A stretch of DNA of 52,253 nt from Dehalococcoidia bacterium (GCA_049516035.1 JBEKTM010000002.1:1-52253), one strand, 5' to 3'. Shown: positions 1 to 9,890, numbered from the stretch's first letter. Notes: generated from the sequence alone by a model not told the origin. Numbers and translations: made by a program.

Positions 1-2
1 GC

Positions 3-1343
3 GCTGACAAACTCCAATAAATCAATGTCCTCAACTGTATAAAGCCTCTCATCTCGTCTCTCACTTATTGCCAGAACAGCCACAAGCTCTTCCTTGTTGA
101 TTAGGGGAACAAACATGGTTACCCCGGCCGATCGAATTTCATCTCTCTCCTCCTGCCATATGGATTGGAATTCAGGAAGGATATCGAGATTTCCTTCCAT
201 TAGTATGGCTCCTTTTTGTCGCAGCCAGGTCACAATAGGACTATCTTGCCTTAATTTCAATCCCTCTATGGGATTATTCTCCACAGGAGGATAGATAAAT
301 TGGGCACTAAAGCCTCCGTTTCCAGCCTCGGGCAAAAGCAAACAGGCTCTCCGACAGTCAATGGACTGAGCAACCAGGGATATAAATCCACTGCCCAGTT
401 GCTCTAGAGTGGGGACACTGTGTATCTTGGTGATAAACTGAGATAACTGCCTGCGATAAAGATATCTTGCCCCGATAAAGGCTTGCTCTACCTTCCTTTG
501 CCAAGTGTCGTGTACTTTGTGGCCGAGAAACAGGATAGTGGGAATTCCCAGGCCCATGGTTACCGCCAGAGAAGCAAAGTTAAACTTAAAGCCGGCAAAC
601 CGGTGAGCGAGGCTGAAAAGCAACAACACAATGCCCACACCGCCGCCATAGAGGACGATGTATATAAGGGCTTGGCGGAGTACAACCTTGATATCCAGCA
701 GACGGTGGGAGATAACAGCGTAGGTGAAGACACAGGCGACGACAAAGTTGCCGATATGGCTCACAGGAAATTCGCCTCCACGTGGACCAATAGTGCTAAG
801 AAAGGATGCCGTAAAGATAACAATAGAAGCAAATAGATAAACAATCTGATTACGTTCTGCCGGGTTGGGTGAGAGCCTGTACTTTTTTGTCAAAGAATAC
901 ATATCCCTGACGCCTATTGTGGAAAGAAAAAGTAAAAATATAGCAATAATCCAGGGACCATAAACAACGTTGAGGCCGTCACCGATAAGTTTAACGTCCT
1001 CGGGAATCTTGCCCAATGCCGCTAGGGTAATGGTGGCTACCAGGAAAAGATAGGCCAATGGTATCTTGATGCCCGCGGACTGATAGAACGAACAGATAAA
1101 ATAGTGAAGTTGCACTAGCATCCAGACGACAAAGCAGAGGCCAATTCTAATTAGGAGAAGTTTGTAGGGCATAAGAAAAGCGCTGCGGAAGAGCATGATG
1201 TCCAAGCTCCATAATACAGCAGGAATCAAGAATAAAAGGAAAAGCTTCTGCCTTTGTTGCCATGGCTGGTTAGATAGCAAAATAACAAATAAAGGGATGT
1301 AGGCAATCGTAGCAATTAAAGGAATTAAAATCTGGACATTCAT
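3..1343 (-). CDS. Membrane sensor protein (HisKA_7TM-like N-terminus plus GAF domain), truncated at window edge; output domain not visible
   Basis: Not in ORF track. Manual translation from ATG 1343 gives MNVQILIPLIATIAYIPLFVILLS..., several hydrophobic helices, then GAF-like 'MFVPLINKEELVAVLAISERRDERLYTVEDIDLLEFVS' in the same frame. Confidence 0.75.
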   Translation of the reverse strand, partial: MNVQILIPLIATIAYIPLFVILLSNQPWQQRQKLFLLFLIPAVLWSLDIMLFRSAFLMPYKLLLIRIGLCFVVWMLVQLHYFICSFYQSAGIKIPLAYLFLVATITLAALGKIPEDVKLIGDGLNVVYGPWIIAIFLLFLSTIGVRDMYSLTKKYRLSPNPAERNQIVYLFASIVIFTASFLSTIGPRGGEFPVSHIGNFVVACVFTYAVISHRLLDIKVVLRQALIYIVLYGGGVGIVLLLFSLAHRFAGFKFNFASLAVTMGLGIPTILFLGHKVHDTWQRKVEQAFIGARYLYRRQLSQFITKIHSVPTLEQLGSGFISLVAQSIDCRRACLLLPEAGNGGFSAQFIYPPVENNPIEGLKLRQDSPIVTWLRQKGAILMEGNLDILPEFQSIWQEERDEIRSAGVTMFVPLINKEELVAVLAISERRDERLYTVEDIDLLEFVS

Positions 1344-1486
1344 GATGTTACCATTGTATGGTCAAGCTTGTGAATTCTAACACACTTTTACCTGTTACTC
1401 TGCCCCTTCCCTGATGGGAATGGAAACTTGCCGTAACTGTTGTACCACCATTTTTGTAAATCGCTCTCATATGAAGTTATTACTGT

Positions 1487-1515
1487 ATTATTCATATAAA
1501 TCTAGAGGTTGTCAA
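1487..1515 (-). promoter_or_regulatory. sigma70-type promoter for the sensor gene
   Basis: TTGACA-17bp-AATAAT on minus strand. Confidence 0.55.
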
Positions 1516-1672
1516 GAGGTACTATGGTACTATGGTAATGGTAATCACCAAAAGGTGCCGAGTGTTCCTTAACTACAGCTCTCTCATATAAATAAAATGA
1601 GCTTGAAGCTTTACATTCTGCATTCTGGGCTACAGACTGAGAATCTGCGAAGGGCTGGGAGTGATAAACGAA

Positions 1673-1696
1673 AAGGCGAGGTCTTGACCTCGCCTT
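1673..1696. terminator. Intrinsic terminator hairpin after GH3 gene
   Basis: AAGGCGAGGTC-TT-GACCTCGCCTT with A/T-rich flanks. Confidence 0.7.
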
Positions 1697-1745
1697 CGTT
1701 GTTTTTGAATAGCGTCCTGATTTTTTCTAGACTACGCTGCTGTCA

Positions 1746-3413
1746 TCAAGCAGCTGCACGTTCAGCTTCAGTTACAGGCGCAGCCTCCACCAAAACCTTA
1801 GGGGCTCTCAACAAAGAGAGTACTTCATCAGAGGGGTTAATATGCGGCGGTCTCAGACTTTCTAAAGCAGCTCCCTCAGACCGCTGTTGGGAGATATAAC
1901 TGGAGAAGGCACCTTGAGGAAGAAAAGTGACTGCTATCGGTCTGAGTCCCAGGAATTTCGTAGCGTTACCATAGGCATACTTGTAGAGATTGAAGTGATA
2001 AACGCTGTCCAGTTTCTCCAGCTCATCCTGCACTGATACAGCTACGCTTTGCTCACTGGCAATATAGTTACCTTTGAGCTCAATATAAATATTGAGAACT
2101 GGCTTGTTACTCACTACCTCCTTGCATGCTGTCCAATCTACATAAGGAATGCCGGTATTTTCAACTGCCTCCCCGATTGCTTTTTCCGTCAGATAACCAA
2201 CACCGAATATGATAATAAGGTCATCAGCTCGCTTTTCAAATACCATCTGTGGTATATCAATATTTAGTTTTTCATTTCGCAGCGAACTTATCCTGACCAT
2301 ATCACCAGGTCTGTATCGAGTCATAATACCGCCATGGAAATTGGTGATGACTATCTCGTATTTCTCACCGGCTTTCACCTCGTCCAGCAAAATGGTCTTT
2401 GGCTGATAAGAATGGTTTAATTGCCATTTGAACCACTCCCTTTCCGGGATGAATTCGAAGAAGTTGAGGTTGGGAATAAAAGTCATGCCCTCATAATTCC
2501 ATGTTTGAGTGGCGTAGATTCCCCCTTCTGTCCCAGCATATATCTCTAGAGGGCGTCTTCCCCACAGTTCTTCCACGCTTTCCTGAAAAATAGCGCCGTC
2601 AGTGCCGCCACCGACAATCGCTTTCAGTGACCACAGGTCACTGGGCAGCATCGGGCGATGAGCCAACTTACTCTTAATTAATCCTTTGATTAAACGGGTA
2701 GATGCCTTGGGATGAGATAATAAGAAACTAGTGTCTATATCTATTGACCCTTGTCTGAACATCTCACCGACATAAACCAGGATAGAAGACAAACCGCCAC
2801 AACTATCAAGACCCCGAGATAAAGCTTCTTTAAAGCCAGCCCGTATTTTTTCTTGCAGGGAACTTCCATCGGCATTAGAAGGCAAGAAATCGCAGCCAAG
2901 CGCCTGCTTTATCATATATCCTACAGCGCCACTTCCATAATATTGTGAACCCAGCGTGGATAGGTTTTTCATATGTTCTTTGAGTGGAAAATCACCTTGA
3001 GCGTTGCAAGAGGCCAGGAGCCCGATACCACCAGCCACTCGCTCAAACTCATACAAAAACCTCCCAGAAACCGGTACTAATTTAGTGTCATACTCACCGG
3101 CCCTGCCTATGGTATGCACCCATATGGCAGGCTTGGTTGGCAACACATCTTCCCTTTTCTCCACAAGCTCCGGTAAGTAATCACTGTAGGTGGTTAAAGG
3201 TACCTGCTCCCGGAATTCTTCTATGGTCTTGGGCATGGCACCACCCAACATCCTCCTGCCCAATTCGCTGTTCTTTAATAACTCAATCTCCTCCAGAAGC
3301 AGCCTCTTCTGGATAACCATAAACTGCTCCAGATTGAGGTTAAGAAAGCCGCAGCACATCTGCCATAGCTCTTCTTTTCTGCCCTGACGCAGTAACTCAA
3401 TCGGTCTTGTCAT
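1746..3413 (-). CDS. GH3 auxin-responsive-family acyl-adenylate/amido ligase
   Basis: Motifs 'VPLTTYSDY', 'EIYAGTEG', 'FFEFIP', 'RYRPGD'; start moved to ATG 3413 (GGAGG upstream). Confidence 0.85.
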   Translation of the reverse strand: MTRPIELLRQGRKEELWQMCCGFLNLNLEQFMVIQKRLLLEEIELLKNSELGRRMLGGAMPKTIEEFREQVPLTTYSDYLPELVEKREDVLPTKPAIWVHTIGRAGEYDTKLVPVSGRFLYEFERVAGGIGLLASCNAQGDFPLKEHMKNLSTLGSQYYGSGAVGYMIKQALGCDFLPSNADGSSLQEKIRAGFKEALSRGLDSCGGLSSILVYVGEMFRQGSIDIDTSFLLSHPKASTRLIKGLIKSKLAHRPMLPSDLWSLKAIVGGGTDGAIFQESVEELWGRRPLEIYAGTEGGIYATQTWNYEGMTFIPNLNFFEFIPEREWFKWQLNHSYQPKTILLDEVKAGEKYEIVITNFHGGIMTRYRPGDMVRISSLRNEKLNIDIPQMVFEKRADDLIIIFGVGYLTEKAIGEAVENTGIPYVDWTACKEVVSNKPVLNIYIELKGNYIASEQSVAVSVQDELEKLDSVYHFNLYKYAYGNATKFLGLRPIAVTFLPQGAFSSYISQQRSEGAALESLRPPHINPSDEVLSLLRAPKVLVEAAPVTEAERAAA

Positions 3414-3580
3414 AACTGTCCCTCCAGCTTTCCCTCGTGTCATTCAGCATGACAAAAGAGAAATAGCTATCTTGATGACAGTATGACAATAGTAGAATAG
3501 CTTGGGAAGAGATTATCTTCTAGAAGATAGTTCTATTTGAAGCTGTGGATGATGTGAGCGCGGAGAAAAATGCGAGGAAG

Positions 3581-3907
3581 TTAGGAGCTTTTTACTTTTG
3601 CCGAGCTATCTAAACTTTGCAGTTTCCGGGTTAATTGCTCGAATTCGTTATCGCTGGGTTGCTTGCCTAACTCCAACCCGTAGCTGATAAAGAATTCCAG
3701 GAAATTGCGCAATAGTTCTTTCGTGCCTTCCTGAAACTGGTGAAATTCTTCCCGGGTTATGCCGCCTTGCTTTTTACCCTCTTCCTTTTCCTTCAACTGA
3801 CTATCAATAAGGAAGTTGATGAACTCAGACCGCCCCAAATCACCGCGATTGTCGTCCATTTTTTTAACCAGCTCGGCATCTACTATTAGCATTCTTTTTT
3901 CAGACAT
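3581..3907 (-). CDS. Small ribbon-helix-helix-like protein
   Basis: 'MLIVDAELVKKMDDNRGDLGRSEFINFLI' fits the RHH pattern; GGAG RBS. Confidence 0.55.
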   Translation of the reverse strand: MSEKRMLIVDAELVKKMDDNRGDLGRSEFINFLIDSQLKEKEEGKKQGGITREEFHQFQEGTKELLRNFLEFFISYGLELGKQPSDNEFEQLTRKLQSLDSSAKVKSS

Positions 3908-4014
3908 ATACCGCTCCTATCATTGTAGCTCCTTCTTTTTCTATATTAAATAAGGGGTGACCTCACTCTACCCCTCCAGGCACCCCTCTATAATTCCACA
4001 ACATTGTTCAGGAC

Positions 4015-4305
4015 TCAAGCTCCGTGGCCATTATTGCCATTGCCATTCCGGAACTCGAGTATTTCTATTATGCTGTTTATATTCTTGAGTAGCTCTCCTC
4101 CTTTGTCCGTTACCTGATAGGTAACTACGGGATTTCCCACCTTCACTTTGTTGACGAACCCGTGGCTCAAGAGAAAACCAAGATACTTCTGTATCTGGGC
4201 ATAGCTCATATTGGCGCTATACATAATCTCCGTCTTGCCCGCGCCATTTTCCCCCACTTTGAGCATATCCGCTATTATCTCTATATTAGATCTTCGCTTG
4301 TTCAT
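4015..4305 (-). CDS. Winged-helix transcription regulator (HTH_45-like)
   Basis: 'RRSNIEIIADML...KTEIMYSANMSY..IQKYL..L...G...YQVTDKG'. Confidence 0.8.
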   Translation of the reverse strand: MNKRRSNIEIIADMLKVGENGAGKTEIMYSANMSYAQIQKYLGFLLSHGFVNKVKVGNPVVTYQVTDKGGELLKNINSIIEILEFRNGNGNNGHGA

Positions 4306-4343
4306 TACGCCACACTACTATATAGTACTTTTGGCCTATTACT

Positions 4344-4371
4344 ATTATACTATATCAATGACGCTTGTCAA
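4344..4371 (-). promoter_or_regulatory. sigma70 promoter for wHTH gene
   Basis: TTGACA-16bp-TATAAT; palindrome TACTATATAGTA at 4316-4327 just downstream. Confidence 0.65.
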
Positions 4372-4391
4372 GTTTTCCTAGGAGGTGACTG

Positions 4392-5096
4392 ATGGATAAG
4401 ATCAAAGTTGTGGTAATTGATGAGCAGGCGCTGTTCAGAGCTGGCGTGCATCAGGCGCTGTCTCGACAACCTGACCTGGAGATATTGGAATGTGACCCCG
4501 CACAGAATGTACTCGAGCTAATTGAAGCTAATCTTCCTGATGTTGCTTTGCTTGGCTCTGACCTGACGAGCCTCAGCGGGATCGAGCTGGGTAGAAAAAT
4601 TGCCCAATACTACCCAAATACTAAGGTAATAGTGCTGAGTCCTGACCCTAATGATGAAGAGCTTTTTGAAGTTATTAAGACTGCCGCTGCGGCTTGCGTG
4701 AGTAAGAAAGCCACTGCCGACGAGCTGGCTAACACCATAAGACGAGCCCACAGCGGTGAATACCCTATAAATGAAAGCTTGATGACTAGGCCCCGAGTTG
4801 CCAAGCAGGTATTAAACCAGTTTCGCGGTTTCACTAGTACTATGGAAGGCGTGGCTGCACCCCTTACCAAAAGGGAAACGCAGATTCTAACCTACGTTGC
4901 TGAGGGCAACTCAAATAAAGAAATCGCCCGTATCCTGACAATCAGCGAGCAAACAATCAAGAATCATGTCAGCGCTATCCTTCGTAAGCTGAATGCTAAT
5001 GATAGAGCCCACGCTGTTGCTCTCGCCCTGCGCAGCGGCTGGATTTCACCGGAAGCAAAGACACGGAAGGCGCCAGAAAATTCCGATGCAGTTTAA
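4392..5096 (+). CDS. NarL/LuxR-family response regulator with atypical receiver
   Basis: REC fold plus 'LTKRETQIL...G.SNKEIA..L.ISEQTIKNHVS.IL.KL'; GGAGGTGA RBS. Confidence 0.92.
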   Translation: MDKIKVVVIDEQALFRAGVHQALSRQPDLEILECDPAQNVLELIEANLPDVALLGSDLTSLSGIELGRKIAQYYPNTKVIVLSPDPNDEELFEVIKTAAAACVSKKATADELANTIRRAHSGEYPINESLMTRPRVAKQVLNQFRGFTSTMEGVAAPLTKRETQILTYVAEGNSNKEIARILTISEQTIKNHVSAILRKLNANDRAHAVALALRSGWISPEAKTRKAPENSDAV

Positions 5097-5264
5097 CTGC
5101 CCACTTTACAGGCAATTGCGGTCATTTGCCGGAATAGTGGCTGAAAGTCACTATCAGATGCCGCCCTCACAAGGAAATAGATCCTAAACGCCAAATTTCA
5201 AATCCTAAACAAAAGAAAGGAAGAATTTGATTCTTCTCATCAAAATCCCAATGACGAACCCGTT

Positions 5265-5352
5265 TGTCATTGCGAGGAGCGCAGCGACGAAGCAATCTCC
5301 GTGAGAACCAATTAGATTGCCACGCTCCGACTTATCGGGGCTCGCAATGACA
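5265..5352. repeat. TGTCATTGCGAG...CTCGCAATGACA palindromic REP-like element (family A)
   Basis: Perfect 12-bp terminal inverted repeats, internal GCAATC/GATTGC hairpin; many further copies. Confidence 0.85.
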
Positions 5353-5502
5353 GGTCAAACAACGGCTCTTGTACAGGGGAGACCCCCCCAAAAGTTCTAT
5401 TGACAAACCAGTGATATATGATAAATTGTAATTGTATTTAGGTTATGAGAAAAATAAATTGCTACGCCCTGACGGGCTCGGGTTAAGACATGGCCAGAAA
5501 TC

Positions 5503-5533
5503 TTGACTTCAGCCAGTTCGCGAATTACACTTT
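5503..5533 (+). promoter_or_regulatory. pilB promoter, homologous to 25833-25863
   Basis: TTGACT-17bp-TACACT. Confidence 0.6.
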
Positions 5534-5570
5534 GCCTGAATTGCCGAAAGTGAATGGGAAGAAGCATCAG

Positions 5571-7883
5571 ATGGAAATTAGTTCGAAGCTAAAGGCACAG
5601 ATTAGAGAGTATCTGGAGCAGCAGGGGTATACAGTAACCGAGGGAGCTAAGCACCTCGGGAACTCAGGCATTGAGCATACCTTTGATATGCTGGCTCAAA
5701 GAGATGATGGTTTCACTAACTATACTATTGCTATCGGCATTGCGGCTGCTGGTGATAGAGAGGTAGAAGTGGGCACTATCTTCAGCCTGGCCAATAAAGC
5801 CTATGATTGCGGCATTATTGACAGGATTCTCATTGCTGTCCCTGGAATTAGCGAGGAAGCGAAGGAGCTGGCTCGCAAACAACGAATAAAGGTTATTGAT
5901 GGAGAACGCATTGAACAACTATTAACTCTGGGGCCCACGCAGCCTGTTAAGCCCGAAGAGCCGGTCAGGTTTGAGTCAAGGGAGGAGCTGGTCAAATCTT
6001 TAGCCAGCCGGGGCTATGGAGTAAAAGAGAGGGCCAAAGTTAAGGGCCGGTCAGGGATTGAATATACCTTCGATATACTGGCTCATGCTGAAAATGATCA
6101 GGTTGAGCATAAGCTGGGTATAGATTTCCTGGATGGAGATAAGGAAGTGAGCCTGGAACAGGTAATGCTGTTTGATACTAAAGCCTACGAAGTTGGCGTT
6201 GATGAGAAAGTCATTGTGGTATCGGTGGGGCTTAGCCCTGAAGCGCAGCAATTTGCCCAGCACCAGCTGATCAAAGTCTTTAAGCTGGGTCAAAAGCCCG
6301 TGTCTAAACTTGTGATTGAAGAGTTGCCTGTCGTCTGGCCAGCCGAGAAACCTGTCCGGGTGGCAGAGAAGCCTGTTAAGACAGAAAAGGGCCGTATCAA
6401 GCTACTGCGGCAGATGCCCCAACCTGAGGCGTTGCAACTGATTCCCGAGGCGATAGCCAGGAGATATAATGCCATACCCTTGACTATATCTGGTAAGACA
6501 CTGGAAGTGGCTATGGCAGACCCGACTGACATCTTTGCCTTGGAGGCTCTTTCCGCCCAGACCCGAATGAGGATTAAGGCTGTAGCGGCCACTGCCGAGG
6601 AAGTCAGGGACGCTATGGACTTCAACTATAAAGCCTATAGCGAAATTGCAAAGCAAGTTTCTAGTATTGACATACCGGCTGAAGAAACTGATGAGAAGCT
6701 AGCTATTAAGGCTACTACTGATACCCCTCTGGTTCAGGCGCTCAACCTTCTAGTTGAAGAAGCAGTCAAAGCCCGCGCATCCGACATTCATATTGAGCCG
6801 GAAGAAGATAAATTACGAATACGCTACCGTATAGATGGCACTCTTCAAGATACGATGTCCCTACCTTCAAGTATACATCGAGCACTCATTTCACGAATTA
6901 AAATCCTGAGTGGAATGAATATCGCTGACCATTTTCGTCCTCAAGATGGTCAATTCTCTACCGAGGCTAAAGGGCGACCGATAGATGTCAGAGTCGCTAC
7001 CGCTCCCACTGTCCATGGAGAGACAGCAACCCTGCGGCTTCTGGATAAGTCAATGGCTACTCTGGGGTTAGCGCAGCTTGGTTTTCTACCTGATAGCCTG
7101 GCAAAGTATGAAAGTATGCTCAAGGCTCCCTACGGTATGATTCTGGTTAGTGGTCCTACCGGAGCTGGCAAAACCACCACTCTATATGCCTCAATCAATT
7201 CCCTTGATACTCAGGGGAGCAATATCATCACTATTGAAGACCCTGCTGAATATCGGTTTAAGGATATTACCCAGATTCAGGTTAACGTCCAGGCTGGCAT
7301 CACCTTTGCCAGCGGTTTGAGGTCTATACTTCGTCTTGACCCTGATGTAATATTGGTTGGTGAGATACGCGATGCCGAAACAGCTAACATAGCTGTTCAG
7401 GCAGCCTTAACTGGGCATATCGTGTTGTCTTCTATCCATGCTAGTGAGGTTGCCGGCGTGCTCTCCCGTCTTGTTGATCTGAAGGTAGAGCCTTTCCTTA
7501 CCGCCTCAGCGGTTATTGGTGTTGTCGCTCAGCGGATGGTGCGCCGCGTCTGCCCTGATTGTGGTCGCCTTATTGAGGCCCCCCTGGTTGAGCAGATGGC
7601 TTATGAAAAAGAAATGGGGGAGAAGCAGACCAAATTCCTCTATGGTACCGGCTGTAAATCCTGCTCCTATACCGGTTACCTGAAGCGTACGGGAATCTTT
7701 GAAATTCTAACTATGAACGACACGATAGGAGGGATGATCTGTAATCGAGCCAGCAGTACTGATATTCGAGCTCAGGCCCTTAAAGATGGTATGATATCTA
7801 TGGCGAACGATGGTATGCGCAAGGTGAAAGAAGGTATTACCACTCCTTCTGAGGTACTGCGCAATGCCTATGTTGCAGCTTAG
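5571..7883 (+). CDS. pilB: Type IV pilus assembly ATPase (PilB/GspE) with two N-terminal degenerate REase-fold domains
   Basis: 'ASDIHIEP', Walker A GPTGAGKT, 'TIEDPAE', 'DPDVILVGEIRD', CPDC/CKSC Zn motif. Start may be 5490, but a promoter-like element at 5503-5533 favours ATG 5571. Confidence 0.93.
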   Translation: MEISSKLKAQIREYLEQQGYTVTEGAKHLGNSGIEHTFDMLAQRDDGFTNYTIAIGIAAAGDREVEVGTIFSLANKAYDCGIIDRILIAVPGISEEAKELARKQRIKVIDGERIEQLLTLGPTQPVKPEEPVRFESREELVKSLASRGYGVKERAKVKGRSGIEYTFDILAHAENDQVEHKLGIDFLDGDKEVSLEQVMLFDTKAYEVGVDEKVIVVSVGLSPEAQQFAQHQLIKVFKLGQKPVSKLVIEELPVVWPAEKPVRVAEKPVKTEKGRIKLLRQMPQPEALQLIPEAIARRYNAIPLTISGKTLEVAMADPTDIFALEALSAQTRMRIKAVAATAEEVRDAMDFNYKAYSEIAKQVSSIDIPAEETDEKLAIKATTDTPLVQALNLLVEEAVKARASDIHIEPEEDKLRIRYRIDGTLQDTMSLPSSIHRALISRIKILSGMNIADHFRPQDGQFSTEAKGRPIDVRVATAPTVHGETATLRLLDKSMATLGLAQLGFLPDSLAKYESMLKAPYGMILVSGPTGAGKTTTLYASINSLDTQGSNIITIEDPAEYRFKDITQIQVNVQAGITFASGLRSILRLDPDVILVGEIRDAETANIAVQAALTGHIVLSSIHASEVAGVLSRLVDLKVEPFLTASAVIGVVAQRMVRRVCPDCGRLIEAPLVEQMAYEKEMGEKQTKFLYGTGCKSCSYTGYLKRTGIFEILTMNDTIGGMICNRASSTDIRAQALKDGMISMANDGMRKVKEGITTPSEVLRNAYVAA

Positions 7884-7900
7884 CCGTTTGGAGGTCATAA

Positions 7901-9115
7901 ATGAATTTTACTTATGTAGCTTATAGTGAAGAAAACAAAAAGTTAATTAGTGGCAAAGTTTCGGCTACCAGTGAAGAATCGGCAACTGAACTTTTGGCTT
8001 ATGGCGGCTATCGGGTGCTCAGTCTTAAGTCAGTTCGTCCCTGGTTTGATAAAGAAAGACTGCGAGCCTTCTTGTCTAAGATAAAGCCGGCAGAAATAGT
8101 GATGTTTTCCCGCCAGCTAGCGTTACTCCTGGAGTCCGGCACTGATATTGTTACTGCCTTAGACTTATTACGAGACCAGCTAACTAATCAAACTCTGACG
8201 AAAATAGTTACTGAGCTAGCCTCGGATATTCGCGGCGGTAGTTCACTGTCAGCAGCCATGAGTAAGCACCCTCGGGCTTTCTCTGCAATGTACTACCGGG
8301 CAATATCTGCCGGTGAGCAAGGTGGTAACCTGGATGTGGTGCTGAGGCAAATGGCTGACTATATAGAGAAGGGAACCGTTACTGGAAAGCAGATAAGAAG
8401 TGCCTTGACCTATCCCGTTATCGTGATTCTTGTCACTGTTGGTGTGGTATTGATATTGATCACCCGGGTTTTTCCCGCTTTTACCACCCTGTACTCTCAA
8501 GTCGGGGCAAAGTTGCCCACGCCCACCAGAATCCTTATTAGCCTGACTGATTGGACTAATCATTATGGGCTTTATGTTTTGCTCGGGGTTTTGATTGCTG
8601 CTGCCGCAGTTTTTGTCTATATCAAGACCCCGGCCGGGAAATACCGCTGGGATAAGATGATGCTTCGTGTCCCTGTGTTCGGGCGTATTATCCAGCTCAG
8701 TGAGCTTTCCCGCTGTTGCCGGACTGTGTCAATGCTGGTGAGGATTGGCTTGCCTTTACCGGAGGTCATGGCCATAGCCATTCACAGTAGCAACAATAAA
8801 TTCGTGGCTGAGAATTTGACTGGAGTGCAGCAGGAGTTAATCAGAGGCGAAGGTTTGTCCCAACCCATGGTCAAGAGGAAGCTCTTCTTGCCCTTAATGA
8901 CGCAGATGGTGAAAGTAGGCGAGGAAACCGGTAATCTCGAGAACACACTAAATACCGTAGCCGACAACTTTGACATGGAGGCTAATGACAAAACCAAGTC
9001 GGCTGTGGGGCTTATTCAACCAGTAATGACGTTAATAATAGGCGGAATAGTTGGTTTTGTTGTTTTAGCCATGATGTCAGCTATGTACTCTCTCTATGGT
9101 CAGATGGGTAGCTAG
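7901..9115 (+). CDS. pilC: Type IV pilus platform protein (PilC/GspF)
   Basis: 'FSRQLALLLESG', 'GEQGGNL', 'ALTYP', 'VGEETGNL', 'LIQP'. Confidence 0.95.
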   Translation: MNFTYVAYSEENKKLISGKVSATSEESATELLAYGGYRVLSLKSVRPWFDKERLRAFLSKIKPAEIVMFSRQLALLLESGTDIVTALDLLRDQLTNQTLTKIVTELASDIRGGSSLSAAMSKHPRAFSAMYYRAISAGEQGGNLDVVLRQMADYIEKGTVTGKQIRSALTYPVIVILVTVGVVLILITRVFPAFTTLYSQVGAKLPTPTRILISLTDWTNHYGLYVLLGVLIAAAAVFVYIKTPAGKYRWDKMMLRVPVFGRIIQLSELSRCCRTVSMLVRIGLPLPEVMAIAIHSSNNKFVAENLTGVQQELIRGEGLSQPMVKRKLFLPLMTQMVKVGEETGNLENTLNTVADNFDMEANDKTKSAVGLIQPVMTLIIGGIVGFVVLAMMSAMYSLYGQMGS

Positions 9116-9240
9116 GTGAGGATTACCAGGGGGCAATGACAAATTACAAAGCTCAGAACCCAGATAAGAGGAAGTAGTTTTGGCATTTAAACACTTGGAT
9201 TTTGATATTTGTAATTTGTAGCGAGGTATCTTCTTCCTTC

Positions 9241-9331
9241 TGTCATTGCGAGGCTGGCAAAGCCAGCCGAAGCAATCTCGGTGGGGGCAATGCGGAGATT
9301 GCCACGCACCCTGAGGGTGCTCGCAATGACA
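9241..9331. repeat. Family A palindromic repeat
   Basis: TGTCATTGCGAG...CTCGCAATGACA. Confidence 0.85.
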
Positions 9332-9353
9332 AGGACGGAGAAGTACGGAAAAA

Positions 9354-9890
9354 GTGAAAATGGTAAGACTGAGTAGCCAGGCAAGGAAAGCCTTCCAGGG
9401 CAGCTCCCGGGGCCTCACCATGATTGAGGTACTGATAGCTATAGCTATTCTGGGAATAATTAGCATCACCTTTCTGAGCGTCCTATCTACTGCCTCCCTG
9501 AGTGTTGGGCTTGCTGACGAGCGGACTGTTGCCGAAAGCCTGGCCAGAAGGCAAATAGAGGATGTCAAGAACCAGATTTATAGCTCTGCTCCGGCTGGAG
9601 GTGTAGCCACATATTCAAAAATTTCAAACATCCCTGCGGGTTACTCTATCTGGAGCGTCAACCGTAATGGTACGGTTGTTGCGGATATAGTGGGAATACC
9701 CTGGGATAGCGAAAGTAATGAGCCGGTAAGCAAGGACGTTGGCCTTCAGAAGATAGCGCTGGTGATTAAGGACAAGGACAAGGAAAACCCGGCTCAGGAT
9801 AAGGTAATCTATACCTTTATTGACAACAATAGCGCCTGGCATCCCGGTAGTGTCGAAATCACATTGGAGGGCTATAAGGTAGACCGATGA
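9354..9890 (+). CDS. Minor type IV pilin
   Basis: Class III signal 'SRG|LTMIEVLIAIAILG'. Confidence 0.88.
   Translation: MKMVRLSSQARKAFQGSSRGLTMIEVLIAIAILGIISITFLSVLSTASLSVGLADERTVAESLARRQIEDVKNQIYSSAPAGGVATYSKISNIPAGYSIWSVNRNGTVVADIVGIPWDSESNEPVSKDVGLQKIALVIKDKDKENPAQDKVIYTFIDNNSAWHPGSVEITLEGYKVDR

Noticed and set aside
1380-1480. c-di-GMP riboswitch in the sensor leader
   Set aside because: A GTTAC/GTAAC-closed hairpin exists but GEMM consensus motifs are not recognisable; needs an Rfam scan
5571-6290. Active restriction or defence nuclease fused to PilB
   Set aside because: The (D/E)xK motif is missing in all four repeats; kept as a probable inactive module
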